Sequence record: SRR22947727_99 | Reading direction: 5' to 3' (one strand) | Length of the DNA stretch: 41,891 nucleotides | Part shown: positions 39,279 to 41,891 of the stretch, one piece after another | How positions within the stretch are numbered: position 1 is the stretch's first letter | Layout: each line of letters begins with the position of its first letter | Translations under genes and position numbers: made by a program | The notes under the pieces: generated by a model | Database searches by the model: none | The model's input: the letters and a program-made list of their open reading frames with translations, nothing else | What the model was told of the DNA's origin: nothing

Positions 39279-40007
39279 TTAGTTTATAAGTGATTTCCAA
39301 AAAAACTTAATTTTTAAAGCAGTTTTTATATATAAAAAATTAGCCATGAAATTATTTTGTGAATCTCCCTCTAACCTAGCTTTCCAACTAGAGGGAATTT
39401 CAATAATATTCGTTTTCATTTTAATTGGTTTCAATATTGTTTCTAAAAAAAAGGGGTGTTTGAGTTCTTCCCATGAGATTTTTTTTACAATATAAGAGGG
39501 AAAAATTCTATACCCATAAGTAATATCACTCAAATTAGTATTATAAATTATTTTCAATAAATTTTGAAAAAAGTAGTTTAGAAGAAGTTTAATTTTATTA
39601 TATTTATGAAAACCCCCTCCAACTAACCACCTATTAGCAGTAACTATACTATCTGGATTTGCTCTTGAGGTAGATATTAATTTATTTACATCCTTTGGGT
39701 CGGTTTCTAAATCACTTGCCATCATTATTACATGTGTTCCAGAAATTTCTTTAAACCCTTTTTGAATAGCACCTCCAATAAAAGGGAGGTCTTGATTAAA
39801 TACTTTAATAAAATTTTGATAAGATAATTCTAATTTTTTAATAGTTTGTTTGGATGTATTTGTAGTTTTTGTTTTTGATATTATGATTATGATTTCGTGA
39901 ATATCTTTTTGATTTTCTAATAGAATAAGTTCAACTGTCTTTGTTAAGGAGAAGGTTTCATTAATTACTGGTAAAATCACTGAGACTTTCATTTCTTTAT
40001 TATCCAT
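39279..40007 (-). CDS. Glycosyltransferase family 2, DPM1/polyprenol-phosphate glycosyltransferase-like
   Basis: VSVILPVINE, GGAIQKGF, MASDLETDP, SDITYGYR, R..G.S. The start may be 39992. Confidence 0.8.
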   Translation of the reverse strand: MDNKEMKVSVILPVINETFSLTKTVELILLENQKDIHEIIIIISKTKTTNTSKQTIKKLELSYQNFIKVFNQDLPFIGGAIQKGFKEISGTHVIMMASDLETDPKDVNKLISTSRANPDSIVTANRWLVGGGFHKYNKIKLLLNYFFQNLLKIIYNTNLSDITYGYRIFPSYIVKKISWEELKHPFFLETILKPIKMKTNIIEIPSSWKARLEGDSQNNFMANFLYIKTALKIKFFWKSLIN

Positions 40008-40032
40008 AAATAATTATCTATATATATATATT

Positions 40033-41835
40033 ATGATTTTTGAAACCATATTAGTAATTTCATACTTTGTTATAATTTATTCAACTTCTTTAGGGTATGG
40101 TTATGCTTTTAACAGTTTTTTTCTAAAAGATACTAATAATAATTCAAAAGGTGAAATTGGTATATATGGTTTGTTTTTTTTAGGATTTTTATCAATTTTT
40201 TTTAATTTTTTTATTCCTCTTAACTATTTATTAACTTCAATAATTTGCACAATTGGGATCACAATTTTTATTTTTTTAAGTATTTATAAAAAACTAAGTT
40301 TTAAATTTATTAATATTTTTTTATTTGCTTTAATAATTCCTACTGCAATTTTATTTGAATACCATGCAGATTATTTTTGGTACCACCTTCCCTATGTAAA
40401 TATTAAAAGTGAATTTAATATTACTTTTGGATTGGCAAATCTAAATGATAATCTTGGATACAGTCACGTTTGGTACGATATAATGTCCATATTTAATCTC
40501 CCATTTTATAATACAAAATACTTATCAATTGTAGCTATAGTTTTTTTATTTTTTTTTATAATTTTATTAAAAGATATTTTTTTGAAAACCAAAGAAGATA
40601 TTATTAAAAAACTAATTCTCCTATCAATATGTTTTGTTAGTCTTATTTATTCTGACTCAAAGGATTATGGAAGTGAGATTCAAATCAACCTTATCTACAT
40701 CGTTATCAGTATATATATTTGCTTAATTTTTTATAATAAAGACATAGAAAATAACAAAATTTTTTTTCTTAAAGTATTGCTACTATTTTTCTTCGCAATA
40801 TTAATTAGAACGAATGCTATAATTTTTTTTCCTTTAATTATAATATTTATAATATTTTATAAAAATATTTTTTTTTATACATTAATAAATAATAAAATAT
40901 TTTATGCATTTATTTTTTTATTTTCATTTTTATACGTTGTTAAAAATTTAATAATAACTGGTTGTTTAGCTTATCCTATATATTTTACTTGTTTTGATAC
41001 ACTTGATTGGGGAGTCGGTATTGAACATGCAAGATATAGATTTTATCATTTATCCGCACAATCAAAAGGTTATTTATTATGGTTATTAAATGAAAATTTA
41101 ATTAAAAATATTTTTGATTATTATAACTACAGAGAGACAATATTTTTTGAAAGTCCTGAAAGTTATTTAAAAAATAAAAATTGGGTAAAATATTGGTGGA
41201 AATATGAATATGATATAAATAGATTTTTAAATATATTATATTTTTTTATAATTTTCGTTATACTTAATTTTATATTTAATTTTAAAGATATTGAGTTTAA
41301 AAAAATATTTAGAGATATCCGTACTAATGCTGGTATAATATTATTATTTTTATTTCCCTTTTTTTCTTGGCTTTATCTGTTACCTCAAACTCGATACGGA
41401 GGTTATGGAATAATATTTATTTTTTTGGGATTTTTTTGTTTGAATTTTTTTTCACATTTGAAAAAAAATAATTTCTATCCAATTATATTACTATTGTTTA
41501 TTTCTTTTGTTTATTTTGAAGGTAAAAATTATACTAGAATATTTAACAACTACAATTTATTAAAAAACAATCAGACAGAAAACTTTTATAATTATCCTCT
41601 GATATCTAATGAAAAAATAATAATAAATACAACTTTAGATATAGAAATAAATGAAATATATCTTATTAATAATAAAATTGGAGAGCCACTTTATTGCTAT
41701 AATACGAAAGGTTTATGCGCATCATCTTTTCGTATTAATTGTATAAGCAAAATAACAAAGATTAATAATTATATATTTATAAAACCAAACAAAAAATTAT
41801 GTGCAGATTTAATAAATAAATATTTATGGTATTAA
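40033..41835 (+). CDS. Polytopic membrane protein, LIC_10190-like, probable GT-C fold glycosyltransferase
   Basis: More than 10 hydrophobic segments; DYFWYHLPY...GLANL...GY loop after TM3-4; KNLIITGCLAYP..TC...W; PQTRYG near the C-terminus. Confidence 0.6.
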   Translation: MIFETILVISYFVIIYSTSLGYGYAFNSFFLKDTNNNSKGEIGIYGLFFLGFLSIFFNFFIPLNYLLTSIICTIGITIFIFLSIYKKLSFKFINIFLFALIIPTAILFEYHADYFWYHLPYVNIKSEFNITFGLANLNDNLGYSHVWYDIMSIFNLPFYNTKYLSIVAIVFLFFFIILLKDIFLKTKEDIIKKLILLSICFVSLIYSDSKDYGSEIQINLIYIVISIYICLIFYNKDIENNKIFFLKVLLLFFFAILIRTNAIIFFPLIIIFIIFYKNIFFYTLINNKIFYAFIFLFSFLYVVKNLIITGCLAYPIYFTCFDTLDWGVGIEHARYRFYHLSAQSKGYLLWLLNENLIKNIFDYYNYRETIFFESPESYLKNKNWVKYWWKYEYDINRFLNILYFFIIFVILNFIFNFKDIEFKKIFRDIRTNAGIILLFLFPFFSWLYLLPQTRYGGYGIIFIFLGFFCLNFFSHLKKNNFYPIILLLFISFVYFEGKNYTRIFNNYNLLKNNQTENFYNYPLISNEKIIINTTLDIEINEIYLINNKIGEPLYCYNTKGLCASSFRINCISKITKINNYIFIKPNKKLCADLINKYLWY

Positions 41836-41862
41836 TTTAATTTAAAAATTTTTACAAATTTT

Positions 41863-41891
41863 TGGCGGAGAGAGAGGGATTCGAACCCTCG
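41863..41891 (-). tRNA. 3' part of a tRNA, most likely tRNA-Ser (anticodon outside window)
   Basis: Reverse strand CGAGGGTTCGAATCCCTCTCTCTCCGCCA: T-arm GAGGG/TTCGAAT/CCCTC, G discriminator, encoded CCA. Confidence 0.88.

Noticed and set aside
41844-41863. AAAAATTT-TTAC-AAATTTTT inverted repeat as a terminator between the membrane gene and the tRNA
   Set aside because: An all-AT stem, too weak to call and expected by chance.
1-41891. CRISPR array, prophage, integrase, transposase or defence system
   Set aside because: No repeat-spacer arrays or recognisable recombinase, phage or nuclease motifs were seen; nearly all sequence is accounted for by the genes listed.

Overview
AT-rich, very densely packed chromosomal segment of a streamlined, probably marine, alphaproteobacterium (SAR11/HIMB59-like organisation; exact lineage not determinable here). 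Standard genetic code: Trp is TGG in the conserved genes, and TGA is used as a stop only in ATGA overlaps. Most of the window is conserved housekeeping synteny: midA-like-pgeF-prs-rplY-pth-ychF; petABC; trmL; cca; panC; rpmH-rnpA-yidD-yidC-engB-argB-HAD-dapD-dapE; pepP; truA-fmt-def; recR-ybaB-dnaX-ffs; pheA-kdsB / cytochrome cy-hisN-yejABEF. Items missing from the supplied ORF track are the partial first gene, rpmH, the SRP RNA (ffs), the 3' end of a tRNA-Ser at the window edge, and a DUF3563-like small ORF broken by an in-frame TGA. Three accessory modules stand out. (1) A tRNA-adjacent four-gene glycosylation cassette (GME-like epimerase, STELLO/GT75 mutase-like protein, polyprenol-phosphate-type GT2, GT-C-like membrane protein) that may make and transfer a furanose sugar. 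(2) A two-small-protein operon behind tandem LysR-type palindromes. (3) A pirin / tandem-CDGSH / 1-Cys HxlR redox module with a palindromic operator. A C-terminally short tRNA nucleotidyltransferase and RegA/PrrA-type boxes upstream of respiratory genes are also visible. No CRISPR array, integrase or transposase was seen. All family calls come from motif recognition by eye, not database searches.
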